Below are positions 39,139-52,203 of a stretch of 64,000 nucleotides of DNA, piece after piece. Below the pieces are notes generated by a model. That model ran no database searches and was not told the origin of the DNA. It saw only the letters and a program-made list of their open reading frames with translations. The stretch is taken from NCBI GenBank assembly GCA_037379345.1, contig CM074519.1, forward strand, positions 34,684,103-34,748,102, written 5' to 3'. Positions within the stretch are counted from its first letter, which is position 1; each line of letters starts with the position of its first letter. This DNA comes from Perna viridis. Lineage: Eukaryota. Made by a program: the position numbers and the translations under genes.

Positions 39139-39686
39139 CATCGTATCACAATACTTAAATATTTGAAATGTGTGTGTATTACTATGAAATATAAGGAATA
39201 TATTTAACTTAGTGTAATAATGAATGAAAGTTGAATATTGCAAAATATCACTTAAGTTACTTAATTTCAACATTATAACAAACGAGCATCGGCCAGTTTG
39301 TTAAGATGTTGAACTTCAATAATGGGAGTAGATATTAAACTATCACAGTTTTAAAGCCTTTTTTTATCTATGATTGCTTTTGAATATTTTAGCCACATGA
39401 CATAGCAATCGTCCTTCTATGACGTCACTGATGGTGTTGGGAGAACAATGTTAGATAAGCCACAATAATGCTTTCAACCAATCAGGTTTTACAGACAATA
39501 TATACACAATAACATAACAACCAATCACAAAGATAAAATTTTCATAGCATTTGTTCCTAACACATCATCCATGGTATGATAACACAACTATCTAGTCATC
39601 CAAGAAAAAGATAAACAGACTAATAACAGAAGAGAAGCTTATTCTATATTTATCTTGTAAAAAATAAAATAAATCACTGAACTTAC

Positions 39687-39826
39687 AGCATCTAATATAG
39701 CATTTCTGATTTCATTCACAATGATTAAACAGTGTTTCATATCGAGGCCAAACTCGGAAACTTCCTCTATCAAATCAGGAAGGTTCATGCCATACACACG
39801 ATCAAGGAATGGATCAATTGACTCAT
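39687..39826 (-). CDS. Exon 18: DESIDPFLDRVYGMNLPDLIEEV...NAILDA
   Basis: ORF 39639..39842; ttgcag|, |gtaagt. Confidence 0.85.
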
Positions 39827-40817
39827 CTGCAATATGTAACATGTTAATTAGAAATACTGAGAGCTAGCTCACAATGAAAATACCCCCTGCTTCAAAAAAG
39901 TTTCATATATAACCCAAAAGTTCAATTATCTCCCTTTAATATCATCCCACAGTAACTATATCCCTTCATGCATATCAACATATGATGGCCAGCCTTCCTA
40001 TAAAATTTCACTAAATTAGGTGGAGTTGCAGTTAACACATAAAACTCATGAAGTTAGATTATCTCCCTTTGGAGTCCTCCAACAGTAACTATTTTCCTTT
40101 CTGCACATCTACATATGATGCCTGACCTTATTAATTTCATTAAAATCCGAAGAGTACTATAGGAGGAGTTGCACTAACAAGGTTTTAAAATGTAAAAACC
40201 CTCAAGTTAAATTATCTCCCTTTTTAGTCATCCAATGGTGACTATATTGCTTCATGCACATCTACATATGATGCCCAGCCTTTCTATAAATCCATTGAGT
40301 GGTTTAGGAGGAGTTACAATAAAAAGAAATGTAGACAGACAGAAGAACGGAGGAACGGAAGGACAGACAGGATGATTCCTATATATCACCCATCAAATTT
40401 TGTTTGTGGGGATATATATATAGATACTAAAATTTTAAATAATTAAGTATTATAATATAACTTTAACGAATAATTCACAGAGACTCCATTTTATCATTGT
40501 TTTACCACAAGCCGGTCATTTATGCTGCCTGATTTCCCCTCAATTAATAGTGTGGGGTAAAATAATGACAGAAATGGCATCCATGGTAAAACAATGAAAT
40601 TGGTTTTCAACACTGTATCACACTAATATTTTGTAACTGTCAACTTGATACCCGTATTACAATTTTGAGAGAATTAGAAACCGCAAAAAATAATACTTTT
40701 ATGGTATCTCAATCTTGGATGCATCAACTTTCAAGTCCATTTATCTACCCCCTGATCATCATCATTTCATGCGTTATAACTTAAAAATGAGATTTCATCT
40801 TTTAACTTCTTATATAC

Positions 40818-41048
40818 CTTTATGACATTTAAGATCAGTTTTATTTTGAAGAGGCAGCTTCCAGAATATTCCAACATCTTCAAAGCAGGAGTAATGTGTT
40901 GATACACACAATGCTCCAGATAAAGTCACGTGGAACGTAGGAGATTCTTCATCTGATGTTTTCTTTGGTGAATCCTCTATCTCAATATCAAAAACCAGCT
41001 CTTTAAATTCATTCTTTAACACATCAACTATCATTATGTCTTTTTGAA
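40818..41048 (-). CDS. Exon 17: VQKDIMIVDVLKNEFKELVFDIEI...DLKCHK
   Basis: ORF 40810..41034; ttttag|, |gtatat. Confidence 0.85.
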
Positions 41049-41918
41049 CTAAAATAAAACGTAAGAAAAACTATGAGCAATTCTCTCTAGTGACAGAAGG
41101 TCATATGCATAAAACAAATATGGAACTATGATGTAGAGATGCTAATTCAACTAAATACTAGTTACCATTGACATAGCAGGAGTAGTTAAAATTCATCTGA
41201 TCTAGTCAGAAAACTGAACATTAAAACCCTAAAAGGAATTTTAAAGTCAACAAACCATGACTGCTAAGGTCATATGCATGAAACAGATATGGAACTGTGA
41301 TATAGAGATGCTAATGCAACTGCATACCAAATAAGATTGACTTAGCACAAATGATTCATATTAAACTGACCTAACATTAAAAATCTCAATGTGGACACCA
41401 ATGCCAGAAAAGTGATTCCTAAGTCTTGTCTTCAGGTAAAACAATAAAAACAATAATCAGATCCATAATATCATGGGGGTGTTCCTACAAAAGTATAGGA
41501 TGCTTACCTAAGTACATGCCTCACTATTGATGATCACCATATTTTTTTAAATTAAAAAGAGTATTAGAAATCAATATTATAATCAGAAAAGATTTTCAAG
41601 GACTATCATGAGAACAAAAATACATGTACATGTGTAGGCAAACACTGGGCCAAGCTTCTTTTGTTTTATGCTTTCTGTCCTATAGAAACATAATTAATCA
41701 TGGCATTTATGAATGTGTACCATAAACCATTAAATCTTTGGTTAGTCCAAAAAAATGATTAAACTAGAAATACTGTGAACAAGCTCATGAAGAGAATACT
41801 GCTGCTTCAATAATTGCAAGAAATATAGACAGACTGACGGACAGATAGACAGAAAGAATGATTCCTATATACGCCCCAAACTATGTTTACATGGGGGTAT
41901 AATGAAGATTACACATAC

Positions 41919-42122
41919 CTCTTATAGCAAATTTCTCTGTTCTGTTGTGTACAGTCAAGAGAATTTCATGGTTACATGTATCCATTCTGAGGTCTACTTT
42001 AACAACATGCCTTTGGAAACCTTCTATGAATCCAATACTACATGTTATACCATTACAGTCTTCATGGGCCTCACAATAATGTCCATACCCTCGTACTATT
42101 GATTCATTAAAACTGGAACATT
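41919..42122 (-). CDS. Exon 16: ECSSFNESIVRGYGHYCEAHEDCNGITCSIGFIEG...MDTCNHEILLTVHNRTEKFAIR (Cys-rich module)
   Basis: cttcag| ... |gtatgt; phase 1 to phase 1, open frame. Confidence 0.85.
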
Positions 42123-42479
42123 CTGAAGAATTAACAATGCTTACTTAAAAGAAAAAAGAGGAGGCCATCTAAAGGGACATTAACTGGTTCCCTGCCACAT
42201 TGCATGATAAACGAACGCCCATCATCAAAACCATCAAAAGAGAGATGATAAAATTGGGATTGTGCTAACACTAATCTTAGGATGTATTTACTGGGAAAGG
42301 CCATTAACAACATCAAATATATATGTATATGCATTGAAACACGAATGATATAAAATCATTGTCTGAAGTGATGTATTTCAGAAATGATGCATGCAATTAA
42401 AGAGTGACTCTCAAACAGCCACAAGTATGTAATAGGAAGTCCTGTAAATTCCAAATGGCCGAGACATCAACAATATTAT

Positions 42480-42620
42480 ACATGTACTGCCTGTAAATGA
42501 GGGTGGTATACTAGATTACCACCAAAGGAAGATTATCGCCCAAGACGAAGTCAAGGGTGATATTCTTTTCTGAATGTGGTGATCTAGTATACAACCCTCC
42601 ACTGCAGGCAGCACGTGTTA
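42480..42620. mobile_element. Palindromic element remnant with CCxAGACGAAGTCxAGG-type centre (Crypton-like non-autonomous family, tentative)
   Basis: Arms tgcctgta...gagggtggtatactagat / atctagtatacaaccctc...tgcaggca. Confidence 0.55.
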
Positions 42621-43059
42621 TATTATATTAAATTTCATTAAAAGTCCATGCAAAATAAATTCTCTTAGACACCAACCATTTTCAGTCTGACGGGGCCTGG
42701 GATCTGATGTCTGATACATTGTAAGATATTTTTTTTTGATAAGCAAACAAATTTTTTATTTCTACTTCAGCAGCTAACCAAATCAATATATTTATTGGAA
42801 AAGCTGCTTTTAAAAAAACCATTATTTTAAATTTTTTAAATGTATTAAAACTTTTTTTTTCAAAATTTGGAACATTAATTTTTTTTCAACTCAGGCCCCC
42901 TTGGTAATAAAAAGGTCAGTGCCTAAATGATCTGATCATGATGCACCCTTCTTTTAAAGATACTGCAGAACAATAATCTCACTCTGCATTGTACAATTGC
43001 TGATAATACTGATAATTTCTTCATTTACATTTTATTTTACATATTTTACAAATTACCAT

Positions 43060-43740
43060 CACATCAGTCAATGAATTGTTTAAAAAATTTTGGCAAAGGT
43101 TCATCTCATGATGCTGAACAATATTACCCCATGCCAAAAATTTGCTAAAGGCAACGGTTTCGAATTATTTGCGAAAAACTACTTACTGACCCCTAAGTTC
43201 TAGTTCTAGTTCATGGCGGCCATGTTTTTTCACCAATCAAAATCCCAACAATCATTTTGTATTGGTTACCCTAAGGGACAAATATGCCAACTTTCATTGA
43301 ATTCTGTGCAATGGTTTTTGAGATGAAGGTTTTCAAAGTAGCACATGCAAAAAATGCCGCAAAAATCTGTTTCAGGGCCCATAACTCCTATGTCAGTTGA
43401 CAAATTGTTTTGAAATTTCAGCATAGGTCCATCTAATGATGTTGAAGAATTATACCCTATGCCAGAAATTTGCTAAAGGCAACGGTTTTTGAGTTATTTG
43501 CAAAAAAACTGCCTTCAGACGCTATGTTCCATTTTTAGTAACGGCGGCCATATTTTTTCATGGATAAAAAATCCCAACATTCATTTTGTGCAAAACACCC
43601 TTAGGAACAATCATGCCAAGTTTAAAACCTGTCAGTTCAGAAGTTGCAGAGGAGAAGATTTTTGAAAATTTGTCCACGACGATGACGATGGACGCCAAGT
43701 GATGACATAAGCTCATTTTGCTTTGGCCAGGTGAGCTAAT
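43060..43740 (+). mobile_element. HINE/Helentron-like element
   Basis: Two tandem cores, gacgatgacgat tract, 3' gctcattttgctttggccaggtgagctaa. Confidence 0.7.
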
Positions 43741-44026
43741 AATTCATCTTTTTATGAAAAAAGTAGAATTTTATATGAAGTTTTATATAACAGTACTTGT
43801 GTTTCATAACGTCAAATGTTATTTGAGAACAAATAGCTCTATCCTTCATATGCAAAGTCTAAAAACATCATTACTCAACTGTTTACATTTACTTTACATT
43901 TCAAGAAATATGATTGCATATTGACCTGAGGTCTTTAGATCTGACAATTTGAATCCCAATTACAGATGTATACATGGAGCATTCTTAAATATAAATAAAG
44001 ACAAACAACAGAGCAATAAAGGCTTT

Positions 44027-44338
44027 CTCAACAGGAATAAAAGAAATCTTAGTTCATACCTTCTACAGCATTATCCATGAGTTTATATATCATGGAAAGT
44101 AGATCTCAACAGGAATAAAAATATTATTATTTAATACCTTCTACAGCATTATCCACGAGTGTATCTATCATGGAAAGTCGATCTCAACAGGGATAAAAAT
44201 TGTATTAGTTAATACCGTCTACAGCATTATCCATGAGTGTATCTATCATGGAAAGTCGATCTCAACAAGAATAAAAATATTATTAGTTAATACCTTCTAC
44301 AGCATTATCCATGAGTGTATCTATCATTGATAGTCGAT
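44027..44338 (-). repeat. 78-bp tandem repeat (real exon end plus 3 copies) derived from the exon 15 3' end and donor
   Basis: Exon-end positions 44294, 44216, 44138, 44060. Confidence 0.95.
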
Positions 44339-44553
44339 CCCCAGTAATGATATCAAACTCGTGAGCTTTCTTCAATCTACGTCTAATCTGATGAATTGGC
44401 ATCTCATCAGGATAGCCTAATGGTTCCTCTTGCAGTTTCTTAGCCACTTGTTTGGCTACATCATCCAGCTGTTGTACAAATGGAGTATCCTTTACAAGAT
44501 CTTTTATTGTAGAGAGAGACTTGTCATTCACATCAAAGGACGGGAGGATGGAT
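44294..44553 (-). CDS. Exon 15: SILPSFDVNDKSLSTIKDLV...SMIDTLMDNAVE
   Basis: ORF 44283..44531; ctttcag|, |gtatta. Confidence 0.85.
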
Positions 44554-45360
44554 CTGAAAGTAACTTAAAGGCTAACAATCTGACATACAGAACAGAAATA
44601 AACTGCAGGGATAGACCACACGATTGACCAGTCCCCTAAATTATAGCCTTTCATAAATCAGTGCTGTGTTACAGACATATTTGATTTCAAAATTCTTCGT
44701 GAGATTCTGTGCTGAAGATATTTTTCCATTGATGGTGGGCAAAACAAAATATATATCCAGCCCCTAATTCCAATAAGGATCAATGCTATGTACTATACAT
44801 GCAATAATTATCCTTGAAAATAAAATGACTAGATTTACCATCATTTCTTTTCCTAAACCAGAAACTTGTGAATTACAACCCATGGGTCTCTTAGTATACT
44901 TCTACTCCATGCCCCCTCCCTCCAAATGTGATGCCTCTCTGAAAAAAGTTTGAAAAACACGCTAGGTTGTTAAACTGCAAGTAATTACATTTTGTATGCC
45001 AATGATAAGAAATTGGTATGTCCTAAATGTGATCCCTTACTGAGGTTCTGATGAAAAGGGTGACGAAAGTGTTCGCCTTCCCATAATTACTTGATAAATA
45101 GATTTTTAAACAGTAAATAATAATTAAATTCAATAGTCTTGAAATTGGTGTGCATCTAATAGGTTCTGTAACTGAAGCTCTATACAAAACAGCAAGTGAT
45201 TGTACAAAGTAATTTCGGAGAAAATTGTGATTAAATATATGTTTCAAACAAATGGACTGTTATGCTTTGACATCAAATTTATCATATATGTAGATGGTTA
45301 TAATTGCTCTAATGCAATTGAGATCATTTCTTCCAAAAATAAATTTGAAAATTAACTTAC

Positions 45361-45980
45361 TTATAGGTCTTGGACAGCATGTTTTTATATTTGTCAAATT
45401 TTCCTGTCATGTTATGGAATTTGCCTTTAAGCTTTTCTGTCCATGGATGATTTTCTGGTGGTTGCTCAGCAGATCTTTTCCCTAGTTTATGACCAAGAGC
45501 ATGACTAAACGGGTGCCTAGATGACCCCCCATCACCACTACGATGGATATCCTCTTCATTATCATCAGGATCTCCACTCATATCTCCATTCTCAGTAACC
45601 ATGCCAATATAAAAGAAAGAGAAATCTTTACATAATGGTTTATGGCCAGGTTTAGGAAACCTTCGTTTTAAATAAGGTGAAGGGTCAATGTATTCGTAAC
45701 TATCTTCAGGTATAGACTCAGCATTTTCTGTATCGTTTGGTCTTTTTCTCATGGAAACAAACACAAAGCTTCCAGATTCACAATCTCCAGCATCCTTTGC
45801 TTTTCCAATTCTTTTGCCAGCTCTTAGGAACACCCCTTTCTTTTCTTCATCCAAATGACTGTCGACCTCAAATCCACTAACAACAACTTCATACATGACA
45901 ACATCAACTCTAAATGGACGGATAAGAACCTCTGTATCACTCAATCGGTAAACTGTACCAACGAAAGGATTAACAACTTT
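45361..45980 (-). CDS. Exon 14: KVVNPFVGTVYRLSDTEVLIRP...YIDPSPYL...KNMLSKTY (rest of LECT2/M23-like domain plus linker)
   Basis: ORF 45357..45944 extended to tttcag|; |gtaagt. Confidence 0.9.
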
Positions 45981-46096
45981 CTGAAAAAAAAAAAAAAAAA
46001 AAATTATTATTATTATTATTATTGTTACTATACAACTCTTAAAATGAATACAATATTCATTACATAAGCTCTAACAGTCATATAAAGGACTTTTAC

Positions 46097-46860
46097 AACA
46101 AGAGGCTTCTAGGAGACTGAATCACTCACCTGGTTAAATTTTGCATTATAAGGGCAATAAATTTAACAAGATTTTGTCCATCAATTTTGATTCAAGAAGA
46201 CTTAAGTAGGGCTTATGATAAGGATCATTTCAGCAATTGAAAGTTTCTTTTCTACCTTTTATAGTCTTCGTGATATTGGCTGAAAACTACAAAAAAAAAA
46301 GTCATTTTTCACCATTCAAGGGAATTAACTCCTACAAGGACTCATCTAACAACTTTTATCCCTGGAGACTTTTGTAGGCCATATAATGCAGGATACCCCT
46401 AGGAACATTCACACCAAGTTTGGTTCTAATTGGTCTGATAGTGTCAGAGAAGATTCTTGATGGCAATAACATTTAAAATAGCAACAACAAAAAAACATGG
46501 AAAAAGAGCAATAACTCCAACTTGGCTTCACAAATTAAAATGAAAATATCCCCACAGTTAGATCTCACCATGCTTAACATTTTTAAGTGATGGCAGAATT
46601 TGGATTATGCTAATGGTTTTGGAGAAATATGCAAAAACTACTGTCTGACCCCTTTGTTCTATATTTAGTAATGGCGGCTATGTTTTTTGATGGATCAAAA
46701 ATCCCCACATCAGTTCTATATCAGATACCCCAAGGAATATCCATACAAAGTTTGGTTCCAATTAGTCGAGTAGTGTCAGAGAAGAGTTTTGAACAATTGT
46801 TTAAGATGACAACAACTGATAACAATAGCTCACATGGTCTTTGACAAGGTGAGCTAAAAA
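46097..46860 (+). mobile_element. HINE/Helentron-like element, apparently full length
   Basis: aacaagaggct...ctcacctgg start and aggtgagctaaaaa end (subterminal inverted repeats); homologous to 50442-51168. Confidence 0.8.
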
Positions 46861-47642
46861 TATAAAAAATCTGACAACTGAATATAAACAAACTTTTGTA
46901 AATGCAATATATGAAAGAACAAGAGAGCTACATGTAAACTGTCAATGTACTTTTATTCTTTAGTCAGGACTTTAACAATGCCCCCTTCATTATCAACGAC
47001 ACGGGTATTCGAGGTAATAAAGGATCTTATTTATATAGGAGAAAAATTTGGTACTTCGAAAAGTGTCCAAGAAATCCCGGGTGTTTGAGCCATCAAAATT
47101 CAATTAAGTGAAGTTTGACTGTACAAAAAACTATAGAGCAAATTTAGTTGACAAGTGCAGTGGCCATCTTGCATTCTTTTCAAAAGTACTTTTATTCGTG
47201 GGTGCCAATATTCATGGTTTAGGGAAAACATTAGTGCATAGATTGAATTCATAGATTTAGCAAATATATCATATGAATAAAAGGGGTTTACTGAAACAAT
47301 GTAAAACATAAAAATTGGCACCCCAAAAATGCTTTCACAATATGAAGCCATAGGTTCTCTTGTCACAAAAAAAATGAAAAGTTCAACTGATATACAAATT
47401 AAATAAAAATACTATAAGTCGAAAACAAATCTAGGATCATGGTAAGCAAAAAAAAAAAAGTTAAAAAAAGGGCAAATCTAAGACAAAAACATATCCAAGA
47501 ACACTATACAGAGTCCACTGTCCATGTGGACCAATTTCATTTTCAAAATATCAAAGCTAGATTCAACTTACTGAAAATGTTTTTTTTAAATAGACAAAAA
47601 AAGTAGACCAATTTAAACACAGGGGCTTAAATCAATATAATA

Positions 47643-47848
47643 TACTGTGAAAGTACTTTAATTCGTGGATACCAATTTTCATGGATCAGGGAAGAAATAC
47701 AAGTTCATGGATTCTTTAATTCATGGTTTTGAAGTTTTCAGTATATACATCAATGGGAATCTACTATTCATTGGGAACCAAATTCGTGGTTTGACCTACC
47801 CACAAAAACCATGAAAATTGGTATTCAAGATAAGTAGTACTTTCACAG
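47643..47848. mobile_element. Small MITE (Tc1/mariner-like)
   Basis: TIRs (ta)CTGTGAAAGTACT / AGTACTTTCACAG. Confidence 0.65.
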
Positions 47849-48193
47849 AATACATGCAGTATATCAAGAATTTATACATGCAGTAAATCAAGAATCTTAA
47901 GATATTCAAGTTTCAAACTAAACCCCAATCAAGTTGGCTTGATTACATGAATAAGCACTTTATACAAAGAGTTGAAAAATGTTATATTTTGGTTCTAATA
48001 TTTAAGTGGTTTTGGCAACAACCCCCAACATGAAAATCAGTCCAAACCTTCTTTTTTCAGTATTGAACCTTTCTGTAAAATTCCATTGATATAAAATTTC
48101 AGAGCAATATCAAGTAATTGCATGCATACTATGAATTCACTTTGAATCATGTTCAAGAAGAATGTAATATAAACTGTGTCAGTACAGACAAAC

Positions 48194-48368
48194 CTTAAAT
48201 ATCTTTCTTTTAAAGTTGAGATGAAGCCCAAACCTGCCTTTCTCATCAATTTGAGAGTATTCCCCACAACCACAGCTCTCTGACTCACATGGTGCTGGTA
48301 TTTTAGGAAACTTACGATGGAACTTAGATCCAAATAATTTCTGCAAGTAGTATTTCCCTTTGTTGACA
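48194..48368 (-). CDS. Exon 13: VNKGKYYLQKLFGSKFHRKFPKIPAPCESESCGCGEYSQIDEKGRFGLHLNFKRKIFK (start of LECT2/M23-like domain)
   Basis: ORF 48179..48442; cattacag|, |gtttgt. Confidence 0.85.
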
Positions 48369-49347
48369 CTGTAATGAAAGTGACAAAACTGGCAATAGAT
48401 AATGAGGTAATAGTTCTCTTTATGTTTCAGCACCTTCCACATTGATGAAAAACCTAATGTGTGGTTTTAAGAAAAGCAATCATTTTAAGTAGTACTCCAG
48501 GTAAGAATTAAGCAAAATGTGATTCATGGTTGGAAAGCCTACATATTTCTATTTTTGATATTTTGTTTGAAATGTCATTGTAAACTTAAAGTTACATGTG
48601 GTTTTTGATATAACCCATGTTCATAGGAGATAAAAATTATATAGAAGGCACAGTAGATTTCTAAATTAAGGGAGATAACTCTGTAAATGACACTCAAATA
48701 CATCAGAATCTATTGGAGTTTCAATGTTGATTATCTCCCAAGAGCAGGCAGATTGGAATGAATAATAACACATTTCATAGTATAGACCCATAAAACAACT
48801 TAATTACAAAAATAAAAATATGTAGCCTTTTTTGGGGTGTATCACATTTTTCAGATTTTGCATGATTCTTACAAAGACAGCTACTTAACTACATTTAAAT
48901 AATAAAGACCTTATGGCAGTATATCTTCAAATCTAAATGCTTTTTAAGATTAAGAGAGACATTCTGAGCTATGTTAGAAATTTACATTTCAAGGAGTTGA
49001 AAAATGTTTTTAAGTACCATTTTGACATGCAAGAGTTATTCTAGATAACAGTAATAATGCTATTCCTTTTATAATGAGGCAAGCAATAAATTTACTCGGA
49101 GACAATCTTAGTTTTGAGTGATCTAATTTCATCTTATCTGAAGTCAGACATCATCCTTCCACAAAAAAAAAAAAAAAAAATTAACAGAAGTTCCAGTCAT
49201 CTGAATCCATACAATAAGACCCAAATGTATGTATTTATCTCTAAACTTTAAGTTTGTAGGGAGGAGAAAAATATTCTGCCCATGCATGAAAACAAGTCCA
49301 CTATAGATTAAAATATTGAAATTTGAATTTAAACTTCTGTTACATAC

Positions 49348-49511
49348 ACCTCATGTAATGTTGTGTATGCAGTTTTTATTCTCTTGAAGAGCTCCATAAG
49401 ATGAGTAATCTTGTCCCAAAAAGGGGCTGCTATGTTAAGTGTACCATTCAGTCGGTCTTTGAGAACATCTACGGCTTCATGGATCACAAGTTTGATTGAA
49501 TTGTGGGTTCC
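49348..49511 (-). CDS. Exon 12: GTHNSIKLVIHEAVDVLKDRLNGTLNIAAPFWDKITHLMELFKRIKTAYTTLHE
   Basis: ORF 49329..49538; cttgaag|, |gtatgt (phase 2). Confidence 0.85.
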
Positions 49512-50038
49512 CTTCAAGAAAAGAAACAAACAATTCATATAAAAATGTAGGTAAAGCCATAAATGAAAGTAGTAAAATTAATTCTTTATATCTTAATATG
49601 TTTTTACGGCATCTCTAAGATTTTAACCCCTCCTGTTCTAGGACTTGTACTGAGTTTTACGCTTGGACTTCCTAGTACTTCTTGGCTAATTAAACATGAA
49701 AGGCATAAAAAATCTACAATTTTTCAGCATGGTTGTCACATTTTGTTTCTATTAGAGATCGCTTTAGGTTAAACCAGTAAACTACTCTTCAAAGTTATTT
49801 CTTTTAAATATGTAACCTTCATCAAGAGGCAACACATTTATACTGCAATTATTCTGTTTGAGCAACCTTAAAGCATCGACAGTATTATTTATTGATGATA
49901 AACCATAAAGGACAGCATATCACTCTTTAGATGTGTGTAATTTCCTACCCTTGCATGATCTACCTGTTTAGTTTACTGTCCCAATGGGAACCACATGTGG
50001 GGTAGAACAATAATAAGCTAGTCATTCTTCATACATAC

Positions 50039-50433
50039 ATTGACATTAAATCCATCAGTAATTTGGACAGGTGCCAAATCCTGAACATGTTGTTTGGCTG
50101 ATCCTTGATGGTGCATCAGGTTCTTAAATTCTTCCCAAGTTTCCCTCATGGTCTCATTCAAATGGAGTTTCAAGTCTTTCAATTTTTCCCACGTTTCCAT
50201 CATTTCCTCGTTGGAGTCTGGTTTCAGGTCTTTCAATTTTTCCCAAGTTCCCTTCATTTTCTCACTCAAAACAGGTTTCATGTCTTTTAGTTTTTCCCAA
50301 GATTCCCTCATTTTCTCATTCAAATCATGTTTCATGTCTTTAAATTCTTCCCAACTTTCCACCATTATCCCATTCAAATCATGAAGTATTCCATGGATTT
50401 CTTCCCCAGGGTGGAACCAATATGGCGTTCTTC
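50039..50433 (-). CDS. Exon 11: GRTPYWFHPGEEIHGILHDLN... with about 5 copies of an 18-aa amphipathic repeat (WEKLKDLKPxLNExMRET)
   Basis: ORF 50018..50377; ccatatag|, |gtatgt. Confidence 0.85.
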
Positions 50434-50441
50434 CTATATGG

Positions 50442-51168
50442 AAACAAGAGGCTCCCAGGAGCCTGAATCGCTCACCTGGTTAAATTTTTGCTTTTTAAGG
50501 GCAATAACTCTCTAACAAGGAGTTGCCAGACATCTCTTCATACTGAATATTTTTGATCCATATCAGAATTTGGCTAAATCTAACAGTTAAGGAGATATGT
50601 GCAAAAAACTACTGTCTGACCCCTATGTTCTATTTTTAGTAATGGTGGCCATGTTTTTCAACAGGTCAAAAATCCTCACAACAGTTCTATGCACAATATC
50701 CCAAGAAACATTCATACCAAATTTGGTTCCAATTGGTCAGGTGGAGAAGATTTTTGAAAGAAATAACATTAAAAATAGCAAAAATTGTTGACAAAGGGCA
50801 ATAACTCCAACATGGCTTAACATATCAAAATGAAAATTTGACCACAGATAGATCTCATCATGCTGAACACTTTTAATCCATGTCAAAATTGGTTAAACCT
50901 AATGGTTTAGTAGATATATGTGAAAAAAAATACTGTCTGACCCCTCTGTTCTATTTTTAGTAACATCGACCATGAATTTACATGGATCAAAAATCTTTAC
51001 AACAGTTCTATGCAGGATACCCCAAGGAACATTCATACCAAGTTTGGTTCCAATTGGTCGAGTAGTTTCAGAGGAAAAGAGTTTTGAAAATTTTTTAACG
51101 ACGACAGACAGCGACCAACGCCAAGTGATGGCAATAGCTCACATGGCCTTCAGCAAGGTGAGCTAAAA
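50442..51168 (+). mobile_element. HINE/Helentron-like element abutting the exon 11 acceptor
   Basis: aaacaagaggctcccaggagcctgaatcgctcacctgg ... gctcacatggccttcagcaaggtgagctaaaa. Confidence 0.85.
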
Positions 51169-52132
51169 AAGGAGACAAAATATTACAATTGTCTATTTCA
51201 TATTTATACCCCATGCAACAAAGTAGTGAAAGTATGATGTTTTTTAACACATCCATCCATCACAATTAGTTGTAGCCTAGATAATGCTTCCATTTAAAAA
51301 AAAATATATCCCTCAAAATTTGGTGCTTGGTTAGTAGCAATCAAACCATGGATGAGATTGATTTTCATAAAAATTGCTCAGTAGACTTACTAAGAAATAA
51401 TTATTGTTACCTGTATAGCGCCTACATCATTTGCTGGATTTCATTCAGACTTTGGTGAATGCTAGGTAGTATGAATACTCGCAATTAAATGGGGTTCATT
51501 GATTTCACAGAAATCAATCAAGGGGGACCATGTATATATGGGTGTAGGGGCTGAAGTTTTTCTAAAAAGTGGAAATATGAGCGTGCTATTGTTAAACATA
51601 CCTAATTACTTCATCTTGTGTCCTTTTTTATGCCATTTTAAGTAAACTAAAATGACTTATTTTCATATCACAGTATAATTGTCATGTCCATCTTGGCCTT
51701 CATTTGTACACATTTCAGTACAGAAGAAAGACATTGTAAAATAAGGCATACATGTATCTTTTATTCAAGCCCTTGTCTCTTAAATCTTAATTACAGATAC
51801 ATGTATAATGTATTGCAAAATTCAAAAATTGCATTTTGGGTTAAAAAATAAAACTGGAGCAATTTCAAATAATTATTTTATTTTCTAATATTTTAAGTAA
51901 TGCAAGAAATAACCAGTTCATCCGTTATAAAAGCACAAGCACACATTTTGTAACTCTCAAATTAAGAGGGTTGAGTTGTCTTCATCTATCAATATAGGAA
52001 AAAAATTAGTCTGATACAGCAGGTGTCATCAAAGTTAAACCTTGATTCGGGCATTAGAAATTGTCACATATGCAAGGCATGCAACAAATAAGTGTCTTTA
52101 TTGTATAAAATTAAAAAGAGCTACACTTTTAC

Positions 52133-52203
52133 CTTTGGCAAAGAAACATGCATCCATAATTCTATTCTTAGCTTCAATGAAAGTTCCAACTGCTAATTTA
52201 AAT
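52133..52203 (-). CDS. Exon 10: KFKLAVGTFIEAKNRIMDACFFAK
   Basis: tttttcag| ... |gtaaaa; bridges phase 2 to phase 1. Confidence 0.8.

Noticed and set aside
42131-42334. ORF ending at a gtaagc donor-like site as a possible extra exon
   Set aside because: The implied intron to exon 16 would be about 20 nt, and exons 15 and 16 already join in phase
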